A DNA stretch of 59,573 bases from a virus (taxonomy: Duplodnaviria > Caudoviricetes). Under the pieces are notes generated by a model. That model made no database searches and had not been told where the DNA came from. It saw only the letters and a program-made list of their open reading frames with translations. Made by a program: the position numbers and the translations under genes. This document shows positions 1 through 9,483 of the stretch, piece by piece. The stretch spans positions 1-59,573 of IMG/VR virus record IMGVR_UViG_3300028585_000026. One strand, 5' to 3'. Positions within the stretch are counted from its first letter, which is position 1, and the number at the start of each line of letters is the position of its first letter.

Positions 1-28
1 AGCAACTGGCTGAGAGCCGCATAAACAG

Positions 29-85
29 TGGTGCCCGGAGCCGGAATCGAACCGGCACGCCATTACTGGCGGGAGATTTTAAGTC
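29..85 (-). tRNA. 3' half of tRNA-Leu(UAA), att core fragment (not a complete tRNA)
   Basis: Minus strand reads GACTTAAAATC anticodon loop, long variable arm, GCCGGTTCGATTCCGGC T-arm and CCA end; D-arm/5' half absent. Confidence 0.85.
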
Positions 86-154
86 ACGAGTGAATATGTT
101 TGAAATCAAAATCTTAAGGCTGTTTTTCGTTCCGCAATAATGGAAATTGAACCA
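29..154. repeat. Left att direct repeat (126 bp)
   Basis: Identical to 59448-59573 (tggtgcccgg...aattgaacca). Confidence 0.95.
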
Positions 155-200
155 TGGATTCCTCCTATGGACGGCATGATCTACATGCCGTTTTGCGGAA

Positions 201-1316
201 CTATTTTGTTGGCGTTACGAGCTTACCTTTCCGGTGCCGGACGTAGTGTTGCGTCATCGTCTGCGTCGAGTGGCCGAGCTGACTTTGGGCCGCCGCAATC
301 CCTTGAGACTCCTCCTTGTCTGTCGCCGCCTTCGCGCGCAGATCTCGGAACTGGAACTGCTTGATCTTCGCTGTCAGGTGAGGGTGCTCGATCGCCGCGG
401 CTGCCCGCGCTCTATCCAATGCGCTGCGCAGCTCGAATTTCGTCATCGGGGTTCCATCGGTCATATTGACAAGATTCATCCCCATCACTTTCCTGCCGCC
501 CATTCGATCGAGCAGCACGGCCAATTCCCCCTCCACATTAATGCGCAGCTTCGCGCCCGTTTTATTCTGTCGAATCCATACGGCGCCGTCCTTCAAGTCC
601 GCGCGCGAAAGTTTCAACACGTCTGCCGGTCGCTGGCCAGTAAGGTACGCCAAGTCCATCGCGTCTTTAAGCGGAAGCTCGGCTGCACCATGGATGGCCT
701 TGAATACATCGTCCTCGATATAGACGTCGCGGCCTTTCTCCGCAAACCCTTTCACCCCCGCGCAAGGGTTGGCCTTATTGGTAATTCCTTTCGACCGGGC
801 GAAATTCCAGATGTGTGAGAACAGCGCCTTTTCCCTATTTGCTACTACGCTTCCATCAGTTTTACCGACTACCACGGCAGGCTTTCCGACTTTCGCTCGG
901 TCCAGATTTGCGGCGATCTTTGCCTGAATCGTTGACTGCACTCGCCAATCGAGATACTGGCGGACGTGCACGGGATCTATTTCATCCAGCGGTACCGGCG
1001 GATCATCGAAAAACTTGTATAGGCTTGTCAGTTCCTGGAGATTCTTTGCCTGGGTTGCCGGCGCCTTCGTGGGAAGCACCTCACGCTGATAACGCTCGGC
1101 TGCGTGCCGGAAGGTGATGCATTCGCGCCCCTTGCTTTCTCCAGCAGTCAGGTCCGCCCACTTTCTGATTGCCTCGATGTAGTCCAATCCGAGCGGAATC
1201 TCCTTCCGCTTCCCGTCGACCTTGCCGGCATCCAGATAGTAGTAGGTGCCGTACTTACGGCTCCGTACCCTCATGCCGGCCGGCAGATTCATATTCCTGG
1301 TTGGCTTGCGGCCCAT
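201..1316 (-). CDS. int: Tyrosine recombinase phage integrase
   Basis: LTGQRPADV (catalytic R), FRDLRAKAA, QLGHS...HYVR motifs; adjacent to att. Confidence 0.95.
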   Translation of the reverse strand: MGRKPTRNMNLPAGMRVRSRKYGTYYYLDAGKVDGKRKEIPLGLDYIEAIRKWADLTAGESKGRECITFRHAAERYQREVLPTKAPATQAKNLQELTSLYKFFDDPPVPLDEIDPVHVRQYLDWRVQSTIQAKIAANLDRAKVGKPAVVVGKTDGSVVANREKALFSHIWNFARSKGITNKANPCAGVKGFAEKGRDVYIEDDVFKAIHGAAELPLKDAMDLAYLTGQRPADVLKLSRADLKDGAVWIRQNKTGAKLRINVEGELAVLLDRMGGRKVMGMNLVNMTDGTPMTKFELRSALDRARAAAAIEHPHLTAKIKQFQFRDLRAKAATDKEESQGIAAAQSQLGHSTQTMTQHYVRHRKGKLVTPTK

Positions 1317-1319
1317 CGA

Positions 1320-1535
1320 TCATCCCGTTTTCAATACTCGTGGCGTCCAGGCTTTTTTCGGTGGCGCCGCGGACGTGCTGCGCCCTTCTACTGCTGACCT
1401 GGTGACCACCGGCCGGCCAATGCCATTTATGAAGAATGGCAATCCCATCTTCGACAGTGCATCGATCTGCAGCTTAATATAGCTGCGACCGGTCAACTCC
1501 CTTATCTCTTCTGGGCTAAGGAATGTTCCTGACAT
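1320..1535 (-). CDS. Excisionase-like protein (DUF4224 type)
   Basis: FLSPEEIRELTG...GRPVV pattern, directly upstream of the integrase. Confidence 0.8.
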   Translation of the reverse strand: MSGTFLSPEEIRELTGRSYIKLQIDALSKMGLPFFINGIGRPVVTRSAVEGRSTSAAPPKKAWTPRVLKTG

Positions 1536-1725
1536 CTGCCCCTCCTTTTCTGTCGACTTCATTTGCATGACGCTCGTAGCACTTGCTGTGGAACGGCCGC
1601 TTCGCCAGCAGCGCGCCGCCCGGCACCCTGGCGCGCACGTAGCGCTCGCCAGTCGGCACCGTGCGGCCGCAGCCGGCGCACAGGTAGTCGCGCCGCGCGG
1701 TGTGCGTGATCTCGCTCAAGATCAC
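1516..1725 (-). CDS. Small Zn-finger phage protein
   Basis: CAGC and HSKC motifs; GTGA overlap with upstream gene. Confidence 0.6.
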   Translation of the reverse strand: MILSEITHTARRDYLCAGCGRTVPTGERYVRARVPGGALLAKRPFHSKCYERHANEVDRKGGADVRNIP

Positions 1726-2093
1726 GGCACGGCCTCCAGCGACGCACGCATCTTCTCGACCAGTTCGGTATTCTCGGCACGCCAGTTCGCCCAGCTGTCG
1801 TGGGTGAGTTGGTGCTCGATCCATTTCGGGTGATCAGGCGACGGCTTGAATGCCGGCCGCTCATTCCAGCAGCGCTCGCAGCGTTGTCCCGGCTTCCGCG
1901 TCGCGAGAAGCAGATGGTCGTTGCAGAAAAACAGGCCGCACCCGTCGTCGCCGCCACCTGGCGCGCCGCCGCAGATGAACACCAAGCCGCGGTCGATCTC
2001 AGCCTTGCAGCCCGGGTGGTCGCAGTAGGCCGGCACGCCATAGCCGACGTCGCGCTGGTGGACGTGGTCGTATCCGATGCTCCAGCCCATCAT
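1722..2093 (-). CDS. Cys/His-rich hypothetical phage protein
   Basis: MGWSIGYD...CDHPGC...CGLFFC; 4-nt overlaps with neighbours. Confidence 0.7.
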   Translation of the reverse strand: MMGWSIGYDHVHQRDVGYGVPAYCDHPGCKAEIDRGLVFICGGAPGGGDDGCGLFFCNDHLLLATRKPGQRCERCWNERPAFKPSPDHPKWIEHQLTHDSWANWRAENTELVEKMRASLEAVP

Positions 2094-2335
2094 GCACCTC
2101 CTTGAGCAGCAGCCTGGATAGCTGCGTCGACCGTGGCGATCCAGCAAATGTGGCTGCCGGTGGTCCAGACCTTGTCGCGCGCCACCGTGCCGGCCCTCTC
2201 CATCTTCAGCAAGCGGCGGCGGAGCGCGGTAGTGGTTAGGCCAGGGGCGGAATCTCGAAGCACGTTCTTGACGAAGTAAGTGGGGCACGGCTGCCTGGTG
2301 CGCAGGACATGGATGATCTTTTCGTCGGTCAGCAC
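2090..2335 (-). CDS. Small putative wHTH protein
   Basis: Operon overlap; LRRRLLKMERAGTV helix-wing pattern. Confidence 0.55.
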   Translation of the reverse strand: MLTDEKIIHVLRTRQPCPTYFVKNVLRDSAPGLTTTALRRRLLKMERAGTVARDKVWTTGSHICWIATVDAAIQAAAQGGA

Positions 2336-3765
2336 GCTGCACCTCCTTCCTGAGCGGCACGGATAGCTGCGTCGACCGCTTCGTCCACGTCATCGGATAG
2401 GTGGCCCTCGCCGTCGATCACGTGGCGCTCGCCGTCGGCGTCATACCAGACCACCATGCCGCAGCCGTTCTCCAGCTCGATACGCACCTCGTAGCCCTCC
2501 GGAAGTTCGCCGCATGCGCGCAGCGTGGCCCGCCACAGCGCGCCGCCGTTGCGGTCCTCATCCGCTCCTGCATGCGCCTGCTGGGCGCTGGCTACCGGCA
2601 GGCCTGCGCCGACCAGGTACTTCTCATCGAGCAGCAGCCCGCCGGTCGCATACTGCGCCAGCGCCGCAGCGCGCGCCTGGTCCAGATAGGCCTCGCTCCA
2701 GCTGTAGCCGCGCGGGTCGATACTGGCGTGCACCGGGTATGCGGCGCCCAGGAACAGGCGCAGGGCGTCGACCTTCGGCGCGCGCTCTCTCTCTTCACTC
2801 TGTGCACGCACAACCGGAGAGGTAGCCACCGGCGTCACGTTGTCCCAGCCGCTGGTCTTGCCGAGTTCCGCGAGCTGCCGTCCGATGTTCCAGTATTCGT
2901 AAAGCCAGTGGTCTTCGCTCGGCGGCTTGTTGACGTTCTCGCGGCCGAACATGATCGCGGCGTCGATCGCGAAGCGTGCATCGTGGTCAGCCATCGGGGC
3001 TGACTTCTCGGTGGTGCCGGCTTCGTGCTGCGCCGCCACTGGTGCCGCTGCTACTGGTGCCTGCGGTGCGGCGCCTGCGAACAGTGGGATTGGGGTGTAC
3101 GGGTTGTCGTGCTGGGTGGCCCATGCTTCGACTTCCTTCCGGTCCGCCGTGGCGACACGCTCATCACCGAAGTCCAGCATCCATGCCACAGGCTCGGCCT
3201 GCTCCTGCGCTGGTTGATGCGCGAGGGCGAGTGCATGCGAGAGCTGTGCGGCAATGGTGTCCGGGGCAAAGATCAGATCCGCCGCCGCAGCACTCCAAGC
3301 CGCCTTGCCGCTTTCGGAGGCCATTGCCCATGGCAAGCTGCCTTGCTTGAAGCGACCGGTGACCATGAGGTAAAGCTGCTCGCCGGTCGGGATGGCCGGT
3401 GCAACCTGCTCCGGAGCGGCTGTCGGCGCTGGCTGGTTGGCGAGGGCGGCGCGGGCGTAGGCTTGCATCTGGTCAGCGGTGTAGACGTCGGCCAGAGGGC
3501 TTCCCGGCGGATTGGCATCCGGCAGGCCGGTCCAGTAGTTGCCGGAATAGATTGTGCCGATCTTCTCAGGCAGCGCCGACAGCGCATTCCCGGCTGTCGG
3601 CGCTGCTACTGGCTGGGTGGCGCGGCCAAGGTCGAAAGCGTACTGAGCAAGTGCTCGACGGCCCGCATCGCCGCCGCCAGCATCGCCCCAAACCTTCACG
3701 AAGATCGAATCGTGCATTCCGTTGTTCAGTTCGCCGCTCTCGCTGGCGGATGGTTGATTGGTCAT
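2329..3765 (-). CDS. Mosaic Ala/Pro-rich early phage protein
   Basis: 478-aa ORF with AEPVAW-type modules typical of lambdoid early regions. Confidence 0.7.
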   Translation of the reverse strand: MTNQPSASESGELNNGMHDSIFVKVWGDAGGGDAGRRALAQYAFDLGRATQPVAAPTAGNALSALPEKIGTIYSGNYWTGLPDANPPGSPLADVYTADQMQAYARAALANQPAPTAAPEQVAPAIPTGEQLYLMVTGRFKQGSLPWAMASESGKAAWSAAAADLIFAPDTIAAQLSHALALAHQPAQEQAEPVAWMLDFGDERVATADRKEVEAWATQHDNPYTPIPLFAGAAPQAPVAAAPVAAQHEAGTTEKSAPMADHDARFAIDAAIMFGRENVNKPPSEDHWLYEYWNIGRQLAELGKTSGWDNVTPVATSPVVRAQSEERERAPKVDALRLFLGAAYPVHASIDPRGYSWSEAYLDQARAAALAQYATGGLLLDEKYLVGAGLPVASAQQAHAGADEDRNGGALWRATLRACGELPEGYEVRIELENGCGMVVWYDADGERHVIDGEGHLSDDVDEAVDAAIRAAQEGGAAC

Positions 3766-4013
3766 GTCGTTTCCTTCGTTTCTGTTTTCGTCGCTGCCTC
3801 GACAGCATCCTTTGCTGCTTCGGCGGCGTCGCGCTGCAGCGATCGCGCCTGGTACGCCAGGGCGTGGGCGGTACGCAGGGCATTGGCGATCACTTGCTCG
3901 GCCTCGTTCTTGATGCTGCGCATGGCATAGCGCATCGGCTCGTCGTTGTCCGGGTCGATGGCCCGCAGGTCGGCCATCACGCTGATGAAGTCGTCGGCAA
4001 GTGATCGGTTCAC
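3762..4013 (-). CDS. Hypothetical protein
   Basis: GTG start overlapping the upstream stop. Confidence 0.55.
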   Translation of the reverse strand: MNRSLADDFISVMADLRAIDPDNDEPMRYAMRSIKNEAEQVIANALRTAHALAYQARSLQRDAAEAAKDAVEAATKTETKETT

Positions 4014-5368
4014 GATGCCGCCCCTTTCTCGGTTCCCGCTGCTTCTTGTGGGGAGCGCAGGGATTCGCTGGCTGGCTTTGATGGCAATGGCATCCAATGC
4101 GTGACTTTCACGACCGTCAGTTGGTCATACTCGGCTTCGTAGGTCGCCCACGTGCCATCATCACGAGCATGGCCAAAGCCGCAGCCAGTCGTACCGAATT
4201 CATTCTGGCCATAGACCATGAGCGAATCGGATACCTCGCAGCCACTTGACGTGCATTCGTGCCTGAATTCGGGCAAGCGCTCGTCGACGCTGATCCAGCC
4301 CGGCACCGCTACCTGACCGGCTTGTGCCGCGACCTCACGCTCGAATCGCCGTGCCAACCGGATGATGCACACAGGGTCTTCGTCGCCGTAATCTTCTTCG
4401 GCAGCTACTTCGATGATCATCTCATCCGTCAGCACCACAGGTTCGGCTTGTGCCGCCCCTTCTCCGCTGTGGGAGATAGCCACAGAAGCGCGCCCGACAA
4501 ACTCGTTGGCCTTGACCATGCCGCCGGCGCCGTCCCGCGCCGCCTGCTTCGTCAGCAGTGCACGAGCGCCCGGCGTGATCGGGTAGTTGACGCCATTGAT
4601 GGCCAGGCCATCTTGGGTATAGCCGCGCGCTACGCATGCAACGTGCGCGGCGGCCAGGACGGGCGAGCCTTCTTCGTCCGCGTGCGGGTAGTGCTGGCGC
4701 TTCTCGGGCGCCAGCTCGCCACGGCGCGCGGCGATCGAGCAAAGCGTGCGCGCCACCTCCAGAAGATCATCGTCACCCGGGCGCTGCGCATCCCTTGCTG
4801 CTCGCACCTGGCTTGCAACGTGCTGGTCGATGTGGGCGATGAGAGCGGCGCGCGCGTTTTCGTAGGCAGCCTTCGGCGCCATGGGGTCGCTGTCGCAAAT
4901 GCTGAACGTGGCCAGCAGCGAATCGAGCGCCGGCGTATCGACGCTTGCCCCTACAGGTGCAGAAGGGGCGGCGAGAGGGATGACGGTGCCGTCGATTGTG
5001 ATCCGGACCAGGCCGCCCAGGTCAGTGCCTGGCGCTGGCGCGGCGCCGGCTTCGACGATCTCCATCACCTGGACGCGCTCGTGCTTCTCGCCGGCGTGCG
5101 GGAAGGTGCTGCCGACCGGGCCCACAGTGCCGTGGTTCTCGCTGGTCAGCAGCAGTGCCCAGGTGCGAGGCTCGGCGCCGGCGGCGCGGACAGGGGCGGC
5201 GAACAGCTTGTCGCCGACCTGGGGCATGTTCTTGCGGTCGAACCAGCGCACGGCCGGCTCGCCGTCGACGTATCCCTTGAACTCGCCCACGGCGCGCGGT
5301 GCGCCGGCTGCCGGCGCCGCAGCGGTGGATTCGGCGCATGCGGCGCGGGTGATTGCTTGGTCCATCAT
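4010..5368 (-). CDS. Mosaic early protein with C-terminal DUF551-like domain
   Basis: WISVDERLPE...VTHWMPLP; GAGGAG RBS before ATG at 5368. Confidence 0.75.
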   Translation of the reverse strand: MMDQAITRAACAESTAAAPAAGAPRAVGEFKGYVDGEPAVRWFDRKNMPQVGDKLFAAPVRAAGAEPRTWALLLTSENHGTVGPVGSTFPHAGEKHERVQVMEIVEAGAAPAPGTDLGGLVRITIDGTVIPLAAPSAPVGASVDTPALDSLLATFSICDSDPMAPKAAYENARAALIAHIDQHVASQVRAARDAQRPGDDDLLEVARTLCSIAARRGELAPEKRQHYPHADEEGSPVLAAAHVACVARGYTQDGLAINGVNYPITPGARALLTKQAARDGAGGMVKANEFVGRASVAISHSGEGAAQAEPVVLTDEMIIEVAAEEDYGDEDPVCIIRLARRFEREVAAQAGQVAVPGWISVDERLPEFRHECTSSGCEVSDSLMVYGQNEFGTTGCGFGHARDDGTWATYEAEYDQLTVVKVTHWMPLPSKPASESLRSPQEAAGTEKGAAS

Positions 5369-5550
5369 TTCTCCTCGACTTGTCGGTGTGTGCGGCGCGG
5401 CGCCTTGGCCGCTGCCAGTTGTTCTTCCAGCTCGAGCCGGCGCGTCACCTCCCTGTTGATCCTGGCCTCGGCAAAATCCAGAAGGGCGTGCAGATCGCGC
5501 GCCATCTTCTCGGGACATTGATAGCTGATGCGCATTTCTTCGTAGGTCAC
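5365..5550 (-). CDS. Small coiled-coil hypothetical protein
   Basis: 4-nt overlaps with neighbours in the operon. Confidence 0.55.
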   Translation of the reverse strand: MTYEEMRISYQCPEKMARDLHALLDFAEARINREVTRRLELEEQLAAAKAPRRTHRQVEEK

Positions 5551-5678
5551 TTTCTCTGCGCTCCGTAACGGTCGTAGGGGTTGCGCTCATCCGCTGCTTC
5601 CTCGCTGCGCTGGACCTCGGCCACGATGATCAGGAACGCCAGGACGAAGACCAGCGCCTGGCCGATACGGCGGATCAC
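5547..5678 (-). CDS. Small single-TM protein
   Basis: ALVFVLAFLIIVA hydrophobic stretch; overlapping start/stop. Confidence 0.5.
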   Translation of the reverse strand: MIRRIGQALVFVLAFLIIVAEVQRSEEAADERNPYDRYGAQRK

Positions 5679-5788
5679 AGCGGGCCTCCGATCAGGATCG
5701 CGGCGACCGACGCAACGACGACAGCCAGGACTGCGGCCGAATACCACCCCGCCGCTGCAATGTCGTGCTCGCTGTATGGGCGCTTCAT
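5675..5788 (-). CDS. Small single-TM protein
   Basis: AVLAVVVASVAAILIG; overlapping start/stop. Confidence 0.5.
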   Translation of the reverse strand: MKRPYSEHDIAAAGWYSAAVLAVVVASVAAILIGGPL

Positions 5789-6204
5789 GGCTGCCCCGCA
5801 ATCTCGGCCATCGCGGCTCGGAAGCTTGCGATCGCCTTGCCCTGTGCAGCCTCGATACGATCCAGCTTGATCCGGGCTGCCGCGATGAGCGTGCCCGGGG
5901 AGCGCGCCAGGTCTTCGACAGAAGCCGCGAACAGCGTGCGCAGCTCGAAGCGCTCCGGCTGGGCCTGGATGTCGAGCAGGTGCTCCTCGGTGCGGATATC
6001 GGCCCAGAGCGGAAAGCGCTCGCCGCGCGGGTGGTATTGGTACACCACGCTGCCCGTGATAGGCGTGCCTTCTTCGTCCCATTCGAGTGGGCGCTTCGGC
6101 AGAGGGAAGTCGGTAAGACGGCGCATCAGCGCTGTGTTCGTCGCAGCCGGGATGATGCTTTCGCCTGCGTGGATTATCGGCTGCATGCTGGTGGTCTCGA
6201 TCAT
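5785..6204 (-). CDS. Hypothetical phage protein
   Basis: Operon ORF with ATGA overlaps. Confidence 0.65.
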   Translation of the reverse strand: MIETTSMQPIIHAGESIIPAATNTALMRRLTDFPLPKRPLEWDEEGTPITGSVVYQYHPRGERFPLWADIRTEEHLLDIQAQPERFELRTLFAASVEDLARSPGTLIAAARIKLDRIEAAQGKAIASFRAAMAEIAGQP

Positions 6205-6383
6205 TTCTTCGACTCCTCTGGGCGGGCTCGTTGAAAATCTTTCTCGGCGGCGCGATCGCGCTGGTAGCTGCTCGATTGCGCCAGGGCGCGCCCCTTGAAT
6301 GCGATGTCGCGCATTTCGGCGCGCTGGGCCGACGTCATGGATGCCTCTTCGGCCGAGAGGGCGCGGCGGCGGCGGGCGATCAT
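6201..6383 (-). CDS. Small basic hypothetical protein
   Basis: ATGA overlap with the rdgC stop. Confidence 0.5.
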   Translation of the reverse strand: MIARRRRALSAEEASMTSAQRAEMRDIAFKGRALAQSSSYQRDRAAEKDFQRARPEESKK

Positions 6384-7279
6384 GCTTTGGCCTCGCCGCC
6401 GAGCGCTTCGACCAGGTCGGCCAGCAGCTTGGTCAGCTCGCCGGACATCAGAGCGAAGTCGCTGTCGAAGCGCTCGTGGTCGTTGGCAGCCGGTGCCGCG
6501 CCTTCGCGGATCACGTCGAGCGGCTTGACGCCCTTGATCGCCAGCGAGTCGGTCAAGACGAAGCTGAGGCGGTCGTTCCAGGTCATGGCCAGGCGGGTGC
6601 ACTGCTTGCCCGCAGCGATATGGCGGCGGACGTCATCCGGTTCCAGCGTGTGCGACTTGTAGCCGATCTGGGCCCGGCTCTCGCCGGTGGCGAGCAGCGT
6701 GGCGTCACGGTCGATCGTAAAGCCGTACGGCGCTTCGTCGGCTTCAAGCCAGCCGGTCATCACGGCCACCGGCGACTTCTGCACGCGCAGCGATTCCAGC
6801 GGCATCTTGTCGACCGCCTTGAGCAGCAGCTTGACCACGTCGTCGGCCTTGGCCGGGCTGGCGGCGTCGACCACCAGCCACCCGTTCTTCGGATCGATCC
6901 AGACCAGCACCGCCGAGCGGATCGGGAATGCGCGCGGCAGCAGCTCGTCGGCCGTGCGCTCTTTCAGCTCGCGCATGGCCTTCTTCCCAGGTGGGAAGCC
7001 CTGCTGTTCTTCCAGCTCTGCGGCCTTGGCCTTGGCGACCTGGTTGATCACGGCGCCCGGCAGCACCTTCTTCTCGGTGACCAGCTGCAGCAGGAACTGG
7101 CCTTGCACGTTGTGAACGAGCGGCTCGCCGGCGCCGCGCGGCGCGGCCCAGCCCTGGCGCAGCAGTTCGTTGCTCGACGCCGGCGCGAAGGCCTGCGGCA
7201 GCAGGGCGGCGGCCAGGGCTTCGGCAGTCATGGCCCACGGCGCTGGCAGGCGGTAAATCTGGAGGTTGCGGAAGAACAT
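6380..7279 (-). CDS. rdgC: Recombination-associated protein RdgC
   Basis: MFFRNLQIYRL N-terminus, EKKVLP, KQCTRLAMTW, FDSDFALM; 299 aa. Confidence 0.95.
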   Translation of the reverse strand: MFFRNLQIYRLPAPWAMTAEALAAALLPQAFAPASSNELLRQGWAAPRGAGEPLVHNVQGQFLLQLVTEKKVLPGAVINQVAKAKAAELEEQQGFPPGKKAMRELKERTADELLPRAFPIRSAVLVWIDPKNGWLVVDAASPAKADDVVKLLLKAVDKMPLESLRVQKSPVAVMTGWLEADEAPYGFTIDRDATLLATGESRAQIGYKSHTLEPDDVRRHIAAGKQCTRLAMTWNDRLSFVLTDSLAIKGVKPLDVIREGAAPAANDHERFDSDFALMSGELTKLLADLVEALGGEAKA

Positions 7280-7307
7280 CGTCGGATCCTTGTCGTTGGG
7301 TGGGGCG

Positions 7308-7433
7308 TTACGGCTGCGGCGCGCCTGGGTCGATGGCGCCGGCCAGGCAGATCAGGGCGAAGAGCAGGGCGAGCATCACGCCCGGGCGGCGCTCGCACCA
7401 GTCGAGGCGGAAGAAGAGCAGGAAGTGGATCAT
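7308..7433 (-). CDS. Small hydrophobic protein
   Basis: MIHFLLFF...MLALLFALICLAG, GGAG RBS; below the ORF-track size cut-off. Confidence 0.45.
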   Translation of the reverse strand: MIHFLLFFRLDWCERRPGVMLALLFALICLAGAIDPGAPQP

Positions 7434-7453
7434 TGCGTTCTCCGGTGGCGGGA

Positions 7454-7891
7454 TCAGTGCGCGTCGCGCAGGTCGGTCAGGCGCTGGATCGCGGCTCGCA
7501 CGATGGCTGCCATCGCGGCCGCATCAGCGCTCGGGTGATCGGCATAGGCCTCGGTCGCGTTGCGCCGCCCGCCGCCCATGCCGACAGAGACGGTCCGCTC
7601 TTCGGCGTCGTGGCGAATGCTCAAGCCCAGTTCGGTGGCCAGCGGGCCGGCCGCCAACCAGGTGCGGCGCCAGAGCGGCGGCACTGGAGGAATGCGCGTC
7701 GAGAGAACTAGCCGCGGCGAATTGGCACCGCTATGGAGCGTGCTGGTGCGTGCGGCGTAGACGAGCGGAGCCTCTTGGCTCAGAACGGCTGGCGCCTTGA
7801 ATGTACGGCGCCACTGCGGGTGCAGCTTCGCCAGCGCGATCTCGTCGGCGACGGCTTGCTTCAGGTATTCCTTGTTCCACTGCTCGGTCAT
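7454..7891 (-). CDS. Hypothetical protein, first gene of the pL operon
   Basis: GGAG RBS, downstream of the predicted pL. Confidence 0.65.
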   Translation of the reverse strand: MTEQWNKEYLKQAVADEIALAKLHPQWRRTFKAPAVLSQEAPLVYAARTSTLHSGANSPRLVLSTRIPPVPPLWRRTWLAAGPLATELGLSIRHDAEERTVSVGMGGGRRNATEAYADHPSADAAAMAAIVRAAIQRLTDLRDAH

Positions 7892-7945
7892 GCTGATCTC
7901 CAGTTCTGCGTCTTCGTCGGTGAAGAGCTTGCTTCGTTAATTAGT

Positions 7946-7998
7946 ACTTTACCCCTAGGTAAAAGACAGCGCAAGTAAAAAATATACCCTAAGGTAAA
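7946..7998 (-). promoter_or_regulatory. pL promoter with two CI operator sites (oL)
   Basis: TTTACCCCTAGGTAAA (7948-7963) and TATACCCTAAGGTAAA (7983-7998) match the oR palindrome; minus-strand TTGCGC-N17-TAAAGT. Confidence 0.75.
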
Positions 7999-8039
7999 AA
8001 TCTTCTGTAAAATCTTTCTCATTGGCCGAGTTCGGCTGA

Positions 8040-8345
8040 TTGCAAGCCTGGGGCAGGGAGGGAAAACCGCCGACGCCTAGGACCAAGAGCCAAGGACGAC
8101 CAGAAGGGCAAACGCGTGGGTGGATCGTAGAGCGCGCTGGGGGACAGGCAGGAATGCCTGGGCAAGTCTGCGAACAAGCGAAAGTGTCCGAAGGCGAAAG
8201 CATGGGATGCAGTAGCCCTCCACGATAGCTCGATTTCGGTCGAGCGCTCTAGGGAGGGTTACGCTCTGGAACCGAGGCTCTGCTGGGATAAAACGAAGCC
8301 AGTAACTGAAGAAGACCTATCTGAACAGCCAAGTACAGAACCTGA
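8040..8345 (+). ncRNA. Candidate structured non-coding RNA
   Basis: No convincing ORF; hairpins 8145-8160 (GGAA loop) and 8212-8262 with an inner TTCG-capped stem. Confidence 0.35.
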
Positions 8346-8385
8346 ACAGTACCTATACAGGGTGCGTAGGAAAAAAGGCCCGAAA

Positions 8386-8769
8386 ATGTCGCAAAAATTG
8401 ACGCTGGCGCGCTACCTGGAGGGTAGGGGATCGGTAAAGTCGCTGACCCGCATTGAGGCGGAGGCCTTCGGCGTGCCGTATCCGCTCATCTCGGGCTGGC
8501 CCGCGCGCTACGGCGCGGTCGAAATTACGGACGCCATGCTCGAGGATCTGGCGACCCGCGTCGCGAGCGCCAGGCGGTCGACCGCAAATAAGGCGCGGCG
8601 CGGGCTGGAGGGCGTAGGGGCTCGCGCTGCAGTAGCGCCGAAACGAGTTGCTGTGGCTTTGCAAGCTACGCCTAATGTGCCATCACCGAAAATCGCCCGC
8701 GCTGTTCACGGGTTTGTGCTACGTAAGGCTAGGCGGTGCCGGCCGCGCGCATTAGCGCCCTTGGCGTGA
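8386..8769 (+). CDS. Basic hypothetical protein
   Basis: ORF downstream of the structured region. Confidence 0.6.
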   Translation: MSQKLTLARYLEGRGSVKSLTRIEAEAFGVPYPLISGWPARYGAVEITDAMLEDLATRVASARRSTANKARRGLEGVGARAAVAPKRVAVALQATPNVPSPKIARAVHGFVLRKARRCRPRALAPLA

Positions 8770-8797
8770 AAAGACAGTGCAGAAAAAAGGGGAGCAG

Positions 8798-9097
8798 GTG
8801 GAAAACCTTGAATTTCAGCGTGAGCACCATCGGCGAGCGCGCCGTGCCCGCATCATGGCGCAGCTTTCGATGCGGACCTATCAACGTGAGCTGGGGGGAT
8901 ATAGGGCCCTAGACTTGACTCGAGGCCTAGACTCGACGTTCTTCCTAGTCGAAAAACTGCGTTATCTTCCAGCAGTTGAGGGCTGTGCGGAGGCGAATGA
9001 GTTGATTAGCAACATACAGGCCAAAATAGGGATGGCCTCGCTCGGCGCGACTACTCTTCTGGGTACTCCCGCTCCATCGACCAAATATAGTAAGTGA
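8798..9097 (+). CDS. Hypothetical protein
   Basis: GGGAG RBS before GTG. Confidence 0.45.
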   Translation: MENLEFQREHHRRARRARIMAQLSMRTYQRELGGYRALDLTRGLDSTFFLVEKLRYLPAVEGCAEANELISNIQAKIGMASLGATTLLGTPAPSTKYSK

Positions 9098-9434
9098 TCT
9101 CGCCTTGAACAGTTCTCAAGCCTGATCGCCATTTTTGGCTGGATGGGCTGGTGTCCGTTCGCAGAAGAAAACGTGCTGATGCCTCCCTTAGCGCCGGATC
9201 ATAATATGCTGATTCCAGGGCAGTCTGCGGTTCTTGGTCATTAAGAATCTTACCCCGACGTGCAGCGGCTTTGATATCAGCCTTTAGCTCGACGGTTTCG
9301 TGCTTGAGGTGGTCCTCCAGCCAAGGCGAGAGCTTCGTTCCTTCCGGTGATTGTGCCAGCATCTCCTCAATACGTTTGTCCAGGACGCGCAATGCCAACA
9401 AAACCCGTTTTGCTTCGAGTGTATCGGTTCCCAT
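9051..9434 (-). CDS. Hypothetical cargo protein
   Basis: Lower-GC helical ORF. Confidence 0.6.
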   Translation of the reverse strand: MGTDTLEAKRVLLALRVLDKRIEEMLAQSPEGTKLSPWLEDHLKHETVELKADIKAAARRGKILNDQEPQTALESAYYDPALREASARFLLRTDTSPSSQKWRSGLRTVQGEITYYIWSMEREYPEE

Positions 9435-9483
9435 TTATTTTCGTTTTCAGAATTTACTGCAGATGGAATTGATGTTTCCAGTA

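Noticed and set aside
1-28. Terminal repeat as a pure circular-contig overlap
   Set aside because: The sequence just outside the left repeat differs from that before the right repeat, so the ends are not a simple duplication; not fully excluded without reads
29-85. Intact tRNA gene
   Set aside because: The D-arm and 5' acceptor strand are missing at both copies
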